Assembly (NCBI GenBank): GCA_963700985.1
Contig: OY969554.1
Coordinates: forward strand, 576,001 to 640,000
DNA length: 64,000 bases
DNA from: an uncultured Chlamydiales bacterium
GTDB lineage: Bacteria; Chlamydiota; Chlamydiia; Chlamydiales; Rhabdochlamydiaceae
Direction: 5' to 3'
Shown: positions 9,787 to 20,152 of the stretch, piece by piece
Layout: every line of letters starts with the position of its first letter
Numbering within the stretch: the first letter of the stretch is position 1
Position numbers and translations under genes: made by a program
The notes under the pieces: model-generated
What the model was told of the DNA's origin: nothing
The model's input: only the letters and a program-made list of their open reading frames with translations
Database searches by the model: none

Positions 9787-10496
9787 CTCATAAAATGACT
9801 CACCCTCAACTGCTGCTTAAGGCCCAAGATCTGCATAAATCTTTTACACAACCTACCACGCTCAACGTCCTAAGAGGCCTTTCTCTTGAAGTATATGCCG
9901 GCGAAAAGATCGCCATTATGGGAAAATCGGGCGAAGGCAAGAGCACTTTACTCCATATTCTAGGCAGCTTAGAAAAGCCCTCACGCGGCGCGCTTGAACT
10001 CTGCGGAAAACCCTATGCAGAAAGCGACCTTGCTAACTTGCGTTGCGATCAGATCGGCTTTGTTTTTCAAGCCTTCAACCTCTTGGAGGAGTATAGCACG
10101 CTTGAAAATGTGCTAATGCCTGCCAAGATCGCCCGCAAACCTGTAGGCAAAGGCTCGCCCGCTTATGAGCGAGCCCTCATGCTCTTAGATTGGGTAGGCC
10201 TCTCCCCGCGCGCGCACTTCCCTGCCAAACTCCTCTCCGGAGGAGAAAAACAGCGTGCTGCGATTGCCCGTGCGCTTATGAATGATCCTGCGCTTCTTTT
10301 AGCAGATGAACCTTCAGGTAACCTCGACTCTTCCACCTCACAAGCCATCTACGAGCTTCTGCTTAGCTGCACCGACAGCAAACAGAAGGCTTTAATCGTG
10401 GTCACCCACGATCAAGAGCTAGCCTCTCTTTGCGATCGCACGCTTATCCTAAAAGATGGCGTTTTATCTCCTCAGACCTCTAAAATGAGTTTCTAA
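9783..10496 (+). CDS. lolD: LolD-like ABC transporter ATP-binding protein
   Basis: [31 protein letters not shown]. Confidence 0.88.
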   Translation: MTHKMTHPQLLLKAQDLHKSFTQPTTLNVLRGLSLEVYAGEKIAIMGKSGEGKSTLLHILGSLEKPSRGALELCGKPYAESDLANLRCDQIGFVFQAFNLLEEYSTLENVLMPAKIARKPVGKGSPAYERALMLLDWVGLSPRAHFPAKLLSGGEKQRAAIARALMNDPALLLADEPSGNLDSSTSQAIYELLLSCTDSKQKALIVVTHDQELASLCDRTLILKDGVLSPQTSKMSF

Positions 10497-10520
10497 TTAA
10501 TTAATAAATTTGGGTGAAGG

Positions 10521-11882
10521 ATGCAGCTCCTCATCGTCGGCACAGGATATGTCGGCCTAGTAACCGGTGCGTGTTTTGCCGAAATGGGCCATCAAGTGAT
10601 CTGTCTGGATATCGACCAGACAAAGATCGATAAACTCAAAAGCGGCATCATTCCGATTTTTGAACCAGGACTGCTTGAACTCGTGCAGCGCAATCAGGCT
10701 GCCGGCAGGCTTATTTTCACGACCAACTATGCCGAAGCGGTGGCAGCAAGCTCCGTCTGCTTTATCGCAGTGCCTACCCCTTCAAAATCTGATGGTTCTT
10801 GCGACATCACTTATATTTTGGATGCGGTATCAGAAGTTGCTACGCATATGCAAAATTATATGTTGATCGTGACTAAATCCACGGCTCCTGTAGGCACGGG
10901 TTTACAGATAAAAAACCGCGTCGCTCAAGTTTTGCAAACGCGAAATTCCAACTTTTCCTTCGACGTAGTCTCAAATCCAGAATTCCTCAAAGAGGGCTCA
11001 GCGGTGGCCGACTGCATGAAGCCTGATCGAATTATCTTGGGAGTCGAGAGTGTTGAAGCTGAAAAGATCATGCGTGAAATCTACGCTGCCTTTACTTGGA
11101 GTCACGATCGCATCATCACCATGGACTTGCTTTCGGCTGAAATGACCAAGTATGCCGCGAATGCCATGCTCGCAACACGTATCTCTTTTATGAACGAGCT
11201 TGCACGTGTTTGTGAAAATATCGGTGCAAATATTCATTCGGTGCGCGTGGGAATTGGTTCTGATGCACGCATCGGCTATCAGTTTCTTTATGCAGGTATT
11301 GGATACGGCGGCTCATGCTTTCCTAAAGATCTGCGTGCACTTCTCGCTATTGGGCGTGAGGCCGGGTGTTCAATGCAACTCATCGATGCAGTGGAACGGA
11401 TTAACGAAGAACAGAAGCGTCTTCTCGGAGAAAAAATCGCCCACTATTTTTCCGAGCTGGGCGGGCTAAAAGGCAAAACAATTGCGATTTGGGGGCTCTC
11501 CTTTAAACCTGATACCGATGATATCCGCGAAGCTCCCTCGCTTGTGCTAATCGAACAACTGAAACAAGCTGGCGCCAAACTCAGGCTTTACGATCCTGTG
11601 GCAATGCCGGCCGCTAAACTCGCTATAAAAGATCAGACAAACATCTTCTGGTGTGCGGATGAATATGAAGCTGCACTTGAAGCGGATGCGATCGCTCTTG
11701 TAACTGAATGGAAACAGTTGCGCGTGGTCGATTTTGAGTTACTTTTGAGCAAGATGCGTGGTATGGCTTTTTTTGATGGGCGTAATCAATACAAAGCGCA
11801 TGAGATGCTCGAAAGAGGCTTTGATTATTTCGGCATCGGTGTACCTCAACCTTTGGTAAATCATGAATTGGCTTCAATTTGA
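10521..11882 (+). CDS. ugd: UDP-glucose 6-dehydrogenase
   Basis: GTGYVG, SNPEFLKEG, GYGGSCFPKD, FKPDTDDIRE. Confidence 0.95.
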   Translation: MQLLIVGTGYVGLVTGACFAEMGHQVICLDIDQTKIDKLKSGIIPIFEPGLLELVQRNQAAGRLIFTTNYAEAVAASSVCFIAVPTPSKSDGSCDITYILDAVSEVATHMQNYMLIVTKSTAPVGTGLQIKNRVAQVLQTRNSNFSFDVVSNPEFLKEGSAVADCMKPDRIILGVESVEAEKIMREIYAAFTWSHDRIITMDLLSAEMTKYAANAMLATRISFMNELARVCENIGANIHSVRVGIGSDARIGYQFLYAGIGYGGSCFPKDLRALLAIGREAGCSMQLIDAVERINEEQKRLLGEKIAHYFSELGGLKGKTIAIWGLSFKPDTDDIREAPSLVLIEQLKQAGAKLRLYDPVAMPAAKLAIKDQTNIFWCADEYEAALEADAIALVTEWKQLRVVDFELLLSKMRGMAFFDGRNQYKAHEMLERGFDYFGIGVPQPLVNHELASI

Positions 11883-12708
11883 GGATTTAAAAGAGGCCTT
11901 AGACCAAAGGCTGAGAGAACTTGTTTCTAAGCCACCACACGCCCTTTTGAATCCACTTTTCGATGCTGCTCGCTATACTCTTCTCTCATCTGGAAAACGC
12001 CTTCGTCCGCTTCTCACGCTGATTACAGCTCAAATCTATCATGTGCCTTTGGAAGCAGCTCTAACGCCTGCCTGCGCATTAGAGCTAATTCACACCTACT
12101 CTCTTATTCATGATGACCTTCCCTGCATGGACAATGATGATCTAAGACGCGGGAAACCGACGCTACACAAGGCCTATAATGAAGGCCACGCGCTGCTCAC
12201 TGGCGATTTTCTGCTAACCTATGCATTTGAAGTCTTAAGCCAAGCGCCCGCGCTTTCTGCCGAGATTAAGCTTTCGTTGATAGCCACTTTAGCTGAATAT
12301 GCAGGGGCAAATGGCATGATAGGTGGACAACTAATCGATCTTTCTTCCCAAGATAGAGCGCTGGATCTAGAAACGCTTATTTTGATGCATCATAAAAAAA
12401 CAGCAGCACTATTTAGTGCGGCACTTACCTTCGGTGGTTTGCTTGGCAAGGCAGCACCTGGCGATTTTCTTCTTCTTAAGCAGATTGGCGAGAACTTAGG
12501 CTGCGCGTTTCAGATTTTTGATGACCTTGAAGATGCGGGAGATGGAGCTAGCTCTTGTTTACAACTTCTCACACCTCAAAGTGCAGAAAAGCTGGCTGAA
12601 GAGAAATTCGCTCTAGTAGACCGAGATCTCTCTGCCCTATCTAAACCGGCAGATCCACTAAAGCATTTTGTTTATGCCATGCATAAGCAGTTTCAACAAT
12701 CGTCTTGA
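11863..12708 (+). CDS. ispA: Short-chain polyprenyl (farnesyl/geranylgeranyl) diphosphate synthase
   Basis: GKRLRP, HDDLPCMDNDDLRRGKPT, GQLID, KTAALF, FQIFDD. Confidence 0.93.
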   Translation: MNWLQFEDLKEALDQRLRELVSKPPHALLNPLFDAARYTLLSSGKRLRPLLTLITAQIYHVPLEAALTPACALELIHTYSLIHDDLPCMDNDDLRRGKPTLHKAYNEGHALLTGDFLLTYAFEVLSQAPALSAEIKLSLIATLAEYAGANGMIGGQLIDLSSQDRALDLETLILMHHKKTAALFSAALTFGGLLGKAAPGDFLLLKQIGENLGCAFQIFDDLEDAGDGASSCLQLLTPQSAEKLAEEKFALVDRDLSALSKPADPLKHFVYAMHKQFQQSS

Positions 12709-13645
12709 GCGCTGAATAGCGCGGAGTCCACTGCAAAAGCTCACGAGCTCGAGTTGCATCAGCCACTAAGATAGAGGGATCTTCAGCAAAACGCGGCCCC
12801 TCTTGGATCGCAATGGTGCAGCCAGTGACCTCTTCGACGGCCTGGATGATTTGGCGCACAGAAAAACCAGCACCTGCACCTAGATTCAGCGTCAAATTCT
12901 GTTTGTTTTGAAAGATCCATAAGAGCGCTTTAAGATGTGCTTCAGCTAGATCGGTTACATGGATGTAATCGCGAATTGCGGTGCCATCTTCAGTGGGAAA
13001 GTTCAACCCATTAATTTTAAGAATAGATCCAGAGGCCTGGCCGCTTTGCATAGCAGCTTTAATCGCAAGTGGAATGAGGTGAGTTTCAGGATTGTGCACC
13101 TCGCCTATTTCAGCGTCGGGATCAGCACCTGCAGCATTGAAATAACGCAGCGTGGCAAAATTTAAGCCATACGCTGCATGTAGATCTTGCAGAATCTCTT
13201 CTGCCATAAGCTTCGACTTTCCATAAGGGTGTATCGGTAGCTTGGCATGTGTTTCGTCAATTGGCGTATAGATAGGCTGGCCATAGATAGCTGCGCTACT
13301 TGAAAACACGACGTGACGTACACTAGTTTCGCACACAGCCTCCAAGAGCTTAAGTGTGGCCGTTACATTATTCTCGTAATATAGAAAGGGATTTTTAATC
13401 GAATCTCGGACGTTAATGCTAGAGGCGAGATGCATGACAGCAAAAGGCTGAAATTCCTTTATAAGTTTTTTAATCCCCTCCTTATCTGCGATTTCTAACT
13501 GAACTAGAGGGCCCCACTTAACAGCCCACTTATTTCCTTGGCTTAAGTTATCCACAGTCACGGGAAGAAACCCGGCCTGCTTCAAAGTTTTGCAGACATG
13601 GCTGCCGATATAACCCGCACCGCCTGTGACTATCACGGTCTGCAT
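12641..13645 (-). CDS. galE: UDP-glucose 4-epimerase
   Basis: TGGAGYIGSH, FSSSAA, YGKSK, LRYFNAAGA, RDYIHV. Confidence 0.94.
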   Translation of the reverse strand: MQTVIVTGGAGYIGSHVCKTLKQAGFLPVTVDNLSQGNKWAVKWGPLVQLEIADKEGIKKLIKEFQPFAVMHLASSINVRDSIKNPFLYYENNVTATLKLLEAVCETSVRHVVFSSSAAIYGQPIYTPIDETHAKLPIHPYGKSKLMAEEILQDLHAAYGLNFATLRYFNAAGADPDAEIGEVHNPETHLIPLAIKAAMQSGQASGSILKINGLNFPTEDGTAIRDYIHVTDLAEAHLKALLWIFQNKQNLTLNLGAGAGFSVRQIIQAVEEVTGCTIAIQEGPRFAEDPSILVADATRARELLQWTPRYSALKTIVETAYAWHKQNALVDLPV

Positions 13646-13646
13646 T

Positions 13647-14252
13647 TTAAAAGGCCCCCTTTGAGAAAAACATAGAAGGGATCGTCTTTAGAATAAGTTT
13701 TAGATCATAGAAAAAAGATTGAGATTCAATGTAACTCTCTTCGAGATTCACGCGTTCTTCAAAAGTAATCAAGTTGCGCCCAGAAGTCTGCCAGAGCCCC
13801 GTAATTCCCGGACGCATTGAGAGGATTTTATCTGCTTTCTCACCATAAAACCGTTCGATCTCATCTGCTGTAACAGGACGCGGGCCCACCACACTTAAAT
13901 CTCCTTTTAAAACATTCCAAAACTGAGGAAGCTCATCGAGCGAAGTTCTACGCAAAAAGCCTCCAAATTCGGTAATACGCGGATCGTTTTGAAGTTTCCA
14001 AAAAGTTTCCCACTCTTTTTTAAGCTCGGGGCTATTCTCAAGCAACTCTTTAAGGCGGATATCGGCATCTTGAAACATTGTCCGAAATTTCCAGCATCTA
14101 AAAGGCTTTGCATCTTTTCCAATACGCCAAGAACCATAAAAAATCGGGCCTGGAGACGTGATCATTACGGCGAAGCCAATCATAAAATAGAGAGGCATTC
14201 CGATAATGAGAATGATGATGCTTAAAATAACATCGAAAAGGCGTTTACACAT
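13647..14252 (-). CDS. Bacterial sugar transferase (undecaprenyl-phosphate glycosylphosphotransferase, WbaP/WcaJ catalytic domain)
   Basis: KRLFD, KFRTM, DPRIT, LRRTSLDELPQF, VGPRP, RPGITGLWQ. Confidence 0.93.
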   Translation of the reverse strand: MCKRLFDVILSIIILIIGMPLYFMIGFAVMITSPGPIFYGSWRIGKDAKPFRCWKFRTMFQDADIRLKELLENSPELKKEWETFWKLQNDPRITEFGGFLRRTSLDELPQFWNVLKGDLSVVGPRPVTADEIERFYGEKADKILSMRPGITGLWQTSGRNLITFEERVNLEESYIESQSFFYDLKLILKTIPSMFFSKGAF

Positions 14253-14323
14253 TAGTCCCTAATAAGTTCATCGTGCATTATAGCTTTTTTGCATTTTATT
14301 GCGACGACCCTTACAGTATTTAC

Positions 14324-14833
14324 ATGGGCAAACAAGTATATCTATCTTTTATTTTGGCTTTATTGGTGGCGCTTTTTGGCAGCGCCTTCTTTCCTTCTAT
14401 TCGCCTATTTGCCTTCGCCCCTTTTTTAGCGCTGATTTTTATGCGCCAAACTTTGCTCCCATCCTTGTGGATAGCAGCGGGAGTTGGACTTTTAGTCGAC
14501 CTACTCTGTTCTCAAATGCGTTTTGGAACTTTTAGTTTAATCTACTGCCTAACAGCTCTTATCACTCATCATCAAAAGCGTAACTTCTTTGCTGATAAAC
14601 CCTTGGCGCTTTCTCTGTATACAGGCCTGATCTCGATCGTAGCCAGTTCACTTGAACTAGTATTCCTATATGCTTTTGATTCTCAGCTGCCTCTAACCGG
14701 AGTTATGATCGCAACCGATGTATGTGGGATGTCTGTTTTGGATGCGCTTTATGCCTTTGTATGTTTTACTTGCCCTATAAAGATTTATCACTATTTTCAA
14801 CGCCTGAGCCGCCCCATTAAAAATGATGAATAA
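14324..14833 (+). CDS. Multi-pass membrane protein, MreD-like
   Basis: About 170 aa, 5 TM segments, GLLVDLL...FG pattern; start moved to ATG 14324. Confidence 0.5.
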   Translation: MGKQVYLSFILALLVALFGSAFFPSIRLFAFAPFLALIFMRQTLLPSLWIAAGVGLLVDLLCSQMRFGTFSLIYCLTALITHHQKRNFFADKPLALSLYTGLISIVASSLELVFLYAFDSQLPLTGVMIATDVCGMSVLDALYAFVCFTCPIKIYHYFQRLSRPIKNDE

Positions 14834-15632
14834 ATACTCTGCTCACGAGCCTTCTCGTTTATGCTTTGTGGCAATTCAGGCCGCGCTACGCGCGGGTGAA
14901 TTGCTCAAACAAGGGTTTAATACCGATTATAAAATCACATCAAAGCCCGGAAACCATAATCTCGTTACTGAATATGACTACGCAGCAGAAAAATGCATCA
15001 TCACGATGATTCGCGAGCAATTTCCAGATCACAACTTTTTAGCAGAAGAAGGCGGAGCCACCAAAGGCGCTTCCTCCTCTTCGATCACCTGGGTAATCGA
15101 TCCATTGGATGGAACTGTTAACTTTGCCCATCACATTCCATTTTTTTGCGTGAGCATCGCGGCTTGCCTAAATGAAGAAGTCTTGTGTGGTGTAGTCTAT
15201 CACCCCATCACAGAAGAACTCTTTATTGCCGAAAAAGGTCATGGCTCATTCTTAAATGGCTCACGCTTGCAGGTCTCTGCCACGCAAGATATCCAAAACG
15301 CAATTGTTGCTACGGGCTTTCCCTATAATCTGAGTGAAAATCCGCACCAGTGTATTGATGCTTTCTGCAAAATCGCACATCTTGGCATCCCTATCCGAAG
15401 GCTGGGTTCCGCCGCTCTCGATCTCTCTTATGTCGCTGCAGGGCGCTTCGATGCTTTTTGGGAGGTCGTTCTTCAACCATGGGATGTAGCTGCAGGTAAA
15501 CTCATCCTCGAAGAAGCAGGAGGAAAACTCACGCACTATAACGGAGAAAAACATCCCATTTACGTTTCTGATACAGTGCTTGCCACTAACGGCATCATCC
15601 ATGAAAAAATGATCTCCTTACTTAAAGCTTAA
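14823..15632 (+). CDS. suhB: Inositol monophosphatase family protein
   Basis: LAEE, WVIDPLDGTVNF, RRLGSAALDL, WDVAAG. Confidence 0.93.
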   Translation: MMNKYSAHEPSRLCFVAIQAALRAGELLKQGFNTDYKITSKPGNHNLVTEYDYAAEKCIITMIREQFPDHNFLAEEGGATKGASSSSITWVIDPLDGTVNFAHHIPFFCVSIAACLNEEVLCGVVYHPITEELFIAEKGHGSFLNGSRLQVSATQDIQNAIVATGFPYNLSENPHQCIDAFCKIAHLGIPIRRLGSAALDLSYVAAGRFDAFWEVVLQPWDVAAGKLILEEAGGKLTHYNGEKHPIYVSDTVLATNGIIHEKMISLLKA

Positions 15633-15634
15633 TC

Positions 15635-16492
15635 ATGATTATAGATGGCGCAAAAATTGCTGAAACCATTGAAACGCGCGTCGCGGAAGCGATTCGTCAC
15701 ACGCATCGCCCCCCAGGTCTTGCCTTCATTCTCGTTGGAGATAATCCCGCCTCGCAAACTTACATCCGCATGAAAAAAAAGAAGTGCCAAGAAGTGGGCA
15801 TTCTATCCATCGATCGCGAGTTTTCTGCTAACATTACCGAAGAGTTCCTCCTGCGTGAAATTGAACAGCTCAATGCTGATCCGCAAGTCGATGGGATTTT
15901 AGTGCAGCTTCCTCTTCCGGAACATATTTCCACGCCTAAGATCATGGAAAAAATTGATCCGACCAAAGATGTAGATGGCTTTAACCCCATCAACATTGGA
16001 AAGATGTTTTTAGGCGAGCTCGATGGTTTTCTTCCATGTACACCACATGGGATTCATGTTCTGCTCACCCACTCTGAGATCGAACTTGCGGGCAAACACG
16101 TGGTGATCTTAGGGCGCAGCAATATCGTCGGCAAGCCACTAGCTGCCATTTTAATGCAGAAAAATCAGTATTGTAATGCCACCGTTACCGTAGCGCATAG
16201 CCTATCTAAAAATCTGCCAGCTCTTTGCAAAAGCGCCGACATCCTTATCGCCGCAATTGGCAAACCCCTCTTTGTAACTAAAGACATGGTCAAAAAGGGC
16301 GCAGTAGTCATCGATGTGGGGATTAACCGCGTCAAAACCAAAGAGGGCAAGGTAAACATAGTCGGAGATGTAGACTTTGATGAAGTAGCGCCACTCTGCT
16401 CTTACATCACGCCCGTGCCAAAAGGTGTCGGACCCATGACAATCGCTATGCTTCTCTCTAATACGCTATTAAGTTACCAACGAAGAAGATAA
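15635..16492 (+). CDS. folD: Methylene-THF dehydrogenase/cyclohydrolase
   Basis: GILVQLPLP, KDVDG, PCTP, GRSNIVGKP, TPVPKGVGPMT. Confidence 0.97.
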   Translation: MIIDGAKIAETIETRVAEAIRHTHRPPGLAFILVGDNPASQTYIRMKKKKCQEVGILSIDREFSANITEEFLLREIEQLNADPQVDGILVQLPLPEHISTPKIMEKIDPTKDVDGFNPINIGKMFLGELDGFLPCTPHGIHVLLTHSEIELAGKHVVILGRSNIVGKPLAAILMQKNQYCNATVTVAHSLSKNLPALCKSADILIAAIGKPLFVTKDMVKKGAVVIDVGINRVKTKEGKVNIVGDVDFDEVAPLCSYITPVPKGVGPMTIAMLLSNTLLSYQRRR

Positions 16493-16494
16493 TT

Positions 16495-17319
16495 GTGAGA
16501 AGACCTCTCTTTCTGCTTACCCTCTTGTGTTCGGCGCTTTGCGCTGAAGACCCTTTTGAATGTACGATGCTGCAAGCGCTCGATGCTGGCGTTTTAATTC
16601 ATTACGACTCCTCGGAAGGGTTCTTAAGACACCGAGGAAAGCCCTTGCATGTCTTAAACGATCTAGATGGCCATCTAGCCCAAACGCCCTTTGTTTCTAT
16701 TGGATGCGTTCCTTTCAGCCGCGAGCTAATCTCACTAGATCCGCAAGAGTGCCCGCTAATCGAAAAAAAATACCAAGAACTTGTAGAGCAGCTCGCCCAG
16801 CAAGAATTAAATCTCGAAGTCATCCTCTGGATGACAATGAGCTTCGTCAAGCACGAAGTCTTTTCACATCACGCGAACTCAGATCATGAACTCGATCAAT
16901 TTTTGCAAACGTGGATTTTAAATCCCACGCGCACTCGCCAAGATTTTACACTTACCAAAGAGGGATTTCATTTCCCTATCATTTCTATTGAAGATTTTGC
17001 ACAGGCCAAAAAAGGCGTGTGCCGACACATCTCATTGGTGGTAGCCTATTTTTTGGATAAATTACAAAACGAGGAGAGCTTAAAGCAGCAGTTTCCTCGT
17101 GGACAGGCCTATGTGGTGCGTGATGCGATTCGATTGCGTAGCGGCACGCGATACCATGCCTGGAATCTTTTCTTAAGCGACGATAAAAAGCAGGCCTGGC
17201 ACATCGATGCTACCTGGGAAGTTTCAAAAAATATTTACTCTGATTCAGCATATCTCTACCGCCTTTATGGAGAAGAGGTTATAGAAAGAGAAAAAAATCG
17301 CTTTCTACCTGCAATCTGA
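16495..17319 (+). CDS. Secreted transglutaminase-like (Cys-His-Asp) protein
   Basis: Signal peptide; GVCRH, HAWN, HIDATW motifs. Confidence 0.7.
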   Translation: MRRPLFLLTLLCSALCAEDPFECTMLQALDAGVLIHYDSSEGFLRHRGKPLHVLNDLDGHLAQTPFVSIGCVPFSRELISLDPQECPLIEKKYQELVEQLAQQELNLEVILWMTMSFVKHEVFSHHANSDHELDQFLQTWILNPTRTRQDFTLTKEGFHFPIISIEDFAQAKKGVCRHISLVVAYFLDKLQNEESLKQQFPRGQAYVVRDAIRLRSGTRYHAWNLFLSDDKKQAWHIDATWEVSKNIYSDSAYLYRLYGEEVIEREKNRFLPAI

Positions 17320-17334
17320 TATATCATAGAACTC

Positions 17335-19536
17335 ATGAAAAAGAAAAAAAGCCCACCGGCTAAAAAACCTGAAAAAAAAGAAGAAAAACTCGCTCTCAAT
17401 CTGAAAAAAACCTTATTGCAGTTCATGGAGGGTAAACGTTACGACCCCATGAACACAACCGAGCTTTTTGAAAGACTTAACCTGCCCACATCCCTCCATG
17501 CGATTTGCCATCAGATCATCGAGCAGTTGATTGAAGAAGGAAAGATCGAAGTCCATCAGAAAAAACTCGCGCTTAAAAAAACAGGCGTCGACGTCGTTAC
17601 TGGCATGCTAAAAGTACACCCCAGAGGCTTTGGGTTCCTTATTCCCGATCGCGTATCAGAGTGCCCTCACGATATCTTCATTCCTAAGCACCTCACCGAC
17701 AATGCAGTTGATGGCGATCACGTCGAAGTAGAGATCAACCCCAACTCCAATTGGGAAAAAGGGCCAGATGGCCGCGTTCTGGCCATTTTAAAAAGAGGAC
17801 GCACCCATTTAGGCGGTACGATCCGCGAGATCGATCATCATGGAAAGATTTTCGCTTACGCTCCCCTTTTAGGCACCTCCAAAGAAGTTCTCGTGCGTGC
17901 ACTTGCTGGCTCTCCTTTAAAAGTTGGCGATCGCATCATCATGAAAGTCGACGAGTGGGGTGATGAACATACTCCTACACTGTGTGAAATGTCACACTAT
18001 CTCGGTCACATCTCCGACCCGATGTGCGATATACCAGCTGCCATTGAAGAGTTTGATCTGAATGACAGCTTTGCAAGCCCCGCTGTTGAAGAAGCCAAGA
18101 GCTTTGGCAAACAAGTCTCAGCAAGCGATTTAAAAGGCCGTGAAGATCTCACTAACCTCGTCACTTTTACCATCGATCCAGAAACAGCGCGAGATTTTGA
18201 TGACGCACTCTCACTCACTTTGGATAAAAAAGGCATCTACCACCTAGGCGTCCACATTGCCGACGTAGCTCACTATGTCCAGCCTATGTCTGCGCTCGAT
18301 ATGGAAGCCAAGCAGCGCTGCAATTCCACCTACTTTCCGGGCTTTTGTTTGCCTATGCTGCCCGAGGAGCTCTCGAACAACCTTTGCAGTCTCCGCGCAA
18401 ATGTCACACGTCTCACAGCTTCGGTGCTGATGGATTTTGATCAGCATGGCACACTGCTTAATTATAAAATCCTACGCGCTTACATCCACAGCGATCAGCG
18501 TTTCTCCTATGAAGAAGCAAAAGAAGTGCTCGACGGCAAGCTGAAAAGTAAGCATGAAGGGACATTAAAGCTCATGGTAGATCTCTGCCACCTGCTGAAA
18601 AAGAAGCGTTATGAACGCGGCAGCATCGATTTTTCGCTGCCAGATTATGTGCTTGAGATCGATAAAAAAGGTGAACCGCAAGGCATGAAAAAAGTGGAGT
18701 ATGACATTACCCACCAGCTCGTCGAAGAGTTTATGCTCAAAGCAAACGAAGTAGTTGCTACCCACCTTTCAAAGAATAACAAACCCGTTCTTTATCGCAT
18801 TCACGAAGTGCCTTCAGAAGAGAATATGCAAGACTTTTTTGCTCTAGCACGCTCTTTAGGCTTTTCCTTGCCACCAAAACCCGAGACCAAAGATATCCAG
18901 ACGCTCTTTGAGCAGGTCAAAAAAACCACCTACTCCCAACAACTATCTGTGGCCTTTATCCGCAGCATGAAGCTGGCCTACTACTCTCCTGAAAACATCG
19001 GGCACTATGGACTTGCGTTGGAATATTACTGCCACTTTACAAGCCCAATCCGCCGCTATACCGACCTTGTTACCCAACGCGTTCTATTTGGGGAAGAAGC
19101 AGCCGAAGTCAATATGGATAAGATCGCTCTGAAATGTTCAGATCAAGAGCGCGTCTCTTTTCGCGCGGAATCTTCAGTTAAAACCCTGAAAAAGCTGCGT
19201 CTTTTACAACGTTATCAAAAAGAAGACCCACAAAGAGCTTACAACGCACTGATCACCAGACTTAAACCCTTTGGGTTCTTTTTTGAAATGACCGACCTTA
19301 TGCTTGAAGGATTCCTACATATCTCAGATCTTGAAGATGATTTCTTCCTCTTCGACGCCAAGACAAATATCCTCACAGGCAAATTGAGCGGGAAAAAACA
19401 CTTTTCAGGCGAAGCTATTCAAGTGCGCGTGGCCTCGATCAATCTCATCACACTTGAGATCAATTGGGAGCTCGTCTCAACTAGCAAGCGCCGCCCGCGT
19501 AGCTCAAGCCGCGGCTCAAAGTCTAAGAAGCACTAG
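17335..19536 (+). CDS. rnr: Ribonuclease R
   Basis: HPRGFGF cold-shock domain, TIDPETARDFDDA, HFTSPIRRY, C-terminal S1 domain and basic tail. Confidence 0.96.
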   Translation: MKKKKSPPAKKPEKKEEKLALNLKKTLLQFMEGKRYDPMNTTELFERLNLPTSLHAICHQIIEQLIEEGKIEVHQKKLALKKTGVDVVTGMLKVHPRGFGFLIPDRVSECPHDIFIPKHLTDNAVDGDHVEVEINPNSNWEKGPDGRVLAILKRGRTHLGGTIREIDHHGKIFAYAPLLGTSKEVLVRALAGSPLKVGDRIIMKVDEWGDEHTPTLCEMSHYLGHISDPMCDIPAAIEEFDLNDSFASPAVEEAKSFGKQVSASDLKGREDLTNLVTFTIDPETARDFDDALSLTLDKKGIYHLGVHIADVAHYVQPMSALDMEAKQRCNSTYFPGFCLPMLPEELSNNLCSLRANVTRLTASVLMDFDQHGTLLNYKILRAYIHSDQRFSYEEAKEVLDGKLKSKHEGTLKLMVDLCHLLKKKRYERGSIDFSLPDYVLEIDKKGEPQGMKKVEYDITHQLVEEFMLKANEVVATHLSKNNKPVLYRIHEVPSEENMQDFFALARSLGFSLPPKPETKDIQTLFEQVKKTTYSQQLSVAFIRSMKLAYYSPENIGHYGLALEYYCHFTSPIRRYTDLVTQRVLFGEEAAEVNMDKIALKCSDQERVSFRAESSVKTLKKLRLLQRYQKEDPQRAYNALITRLKPFGFFFEMTDLMLEGFLHISDLEDDFFLFDAKTNILTGKLSGKKHFSGEAIQVRVASINLITLEINWELVSTSKRRPRSSSRGSKSKKH

Positions 19537-19542
19537 ATCCGC

Positions 19543-20130
19543 ATGACCGTCCTACCTTCTTCTTTCTATATCAGAGATGATGTCGTGCAGATCGCCCGTG
19601 ATCTTTTGGGCAAATGGCTATTTACTCAGCTAGATGGCCAACCGATTACTGGCGGAATAATTGTTGAAACAGAAGCCTACGCTGGAGAAAAAGATCGCGC
19701 CAGCCATGCCTACAACATGCGTCGCACTAAGCGCACCGAGGTCATGTTCCATGAAGGCGGAATTTCCTATGTTTATCTCTGTTATGGCATGCACTATCTT
19801 CTCAATATCGTCACAAATAAAAAGGAAACCCCACACGCAGTGCTTATTCGAGCTATTCTCCCTTCTGTTGGAGTTGAAACGATGCTGCAAAGACGCAGAA
19901 AAACCCGCCTTGACAATCGACTCACATCTGGTCCTGGCAGCACGGCACAAGCTCTCGGCATTACGCACAAACACAATGGCCTATCTCTAGCTTCTTCCCA
20001 GCTCTGGATTGAAGATCGCGAGATTATCCTTAGCGGTCAGGAAATCCTTGCCGGACCACGCATCGGCATCGAATATGCGCAAGAAGATGCGCTGCTTCCT
20101 TGGCGATTCTTATTGAAAAGAGACCAGTGA
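19543..20130 (+). CDS. 3-methyladenine DNA glycosylase (MPG family)
   Basis: IVETEAY, YVYLCYGMH, AVLIRA, GPG, RIGI, PWRF. Confidence 0.94.
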   Translation: MTVLPSSFYIRDDVVQIARDLLGKWLFTQLDGQPITGGIIVETEAYAGEKDRASHAYNMRRTKRTEVMFHEGGISYVYLCYGMHYLLNIVTNKKETPHAVLIRAILPSVGVETMLQRRRKTRLDNRLTSGPGSTAQALGITHKHNGLSLASSQLWIEDREIILSGQEILAGPRIGIEYAQEDALLPWRFLLKRDQ

Positions 20131-20152
20131 AAAAGCTACATTCGCACTAATT

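Noticed and set aside
12641-12708. ispA truncation or frameshift at the convergent overlap with galE
   Set aside because: Both Asp-rich motifs are intact and the length is normal for IspA; short 3' overlaps are common
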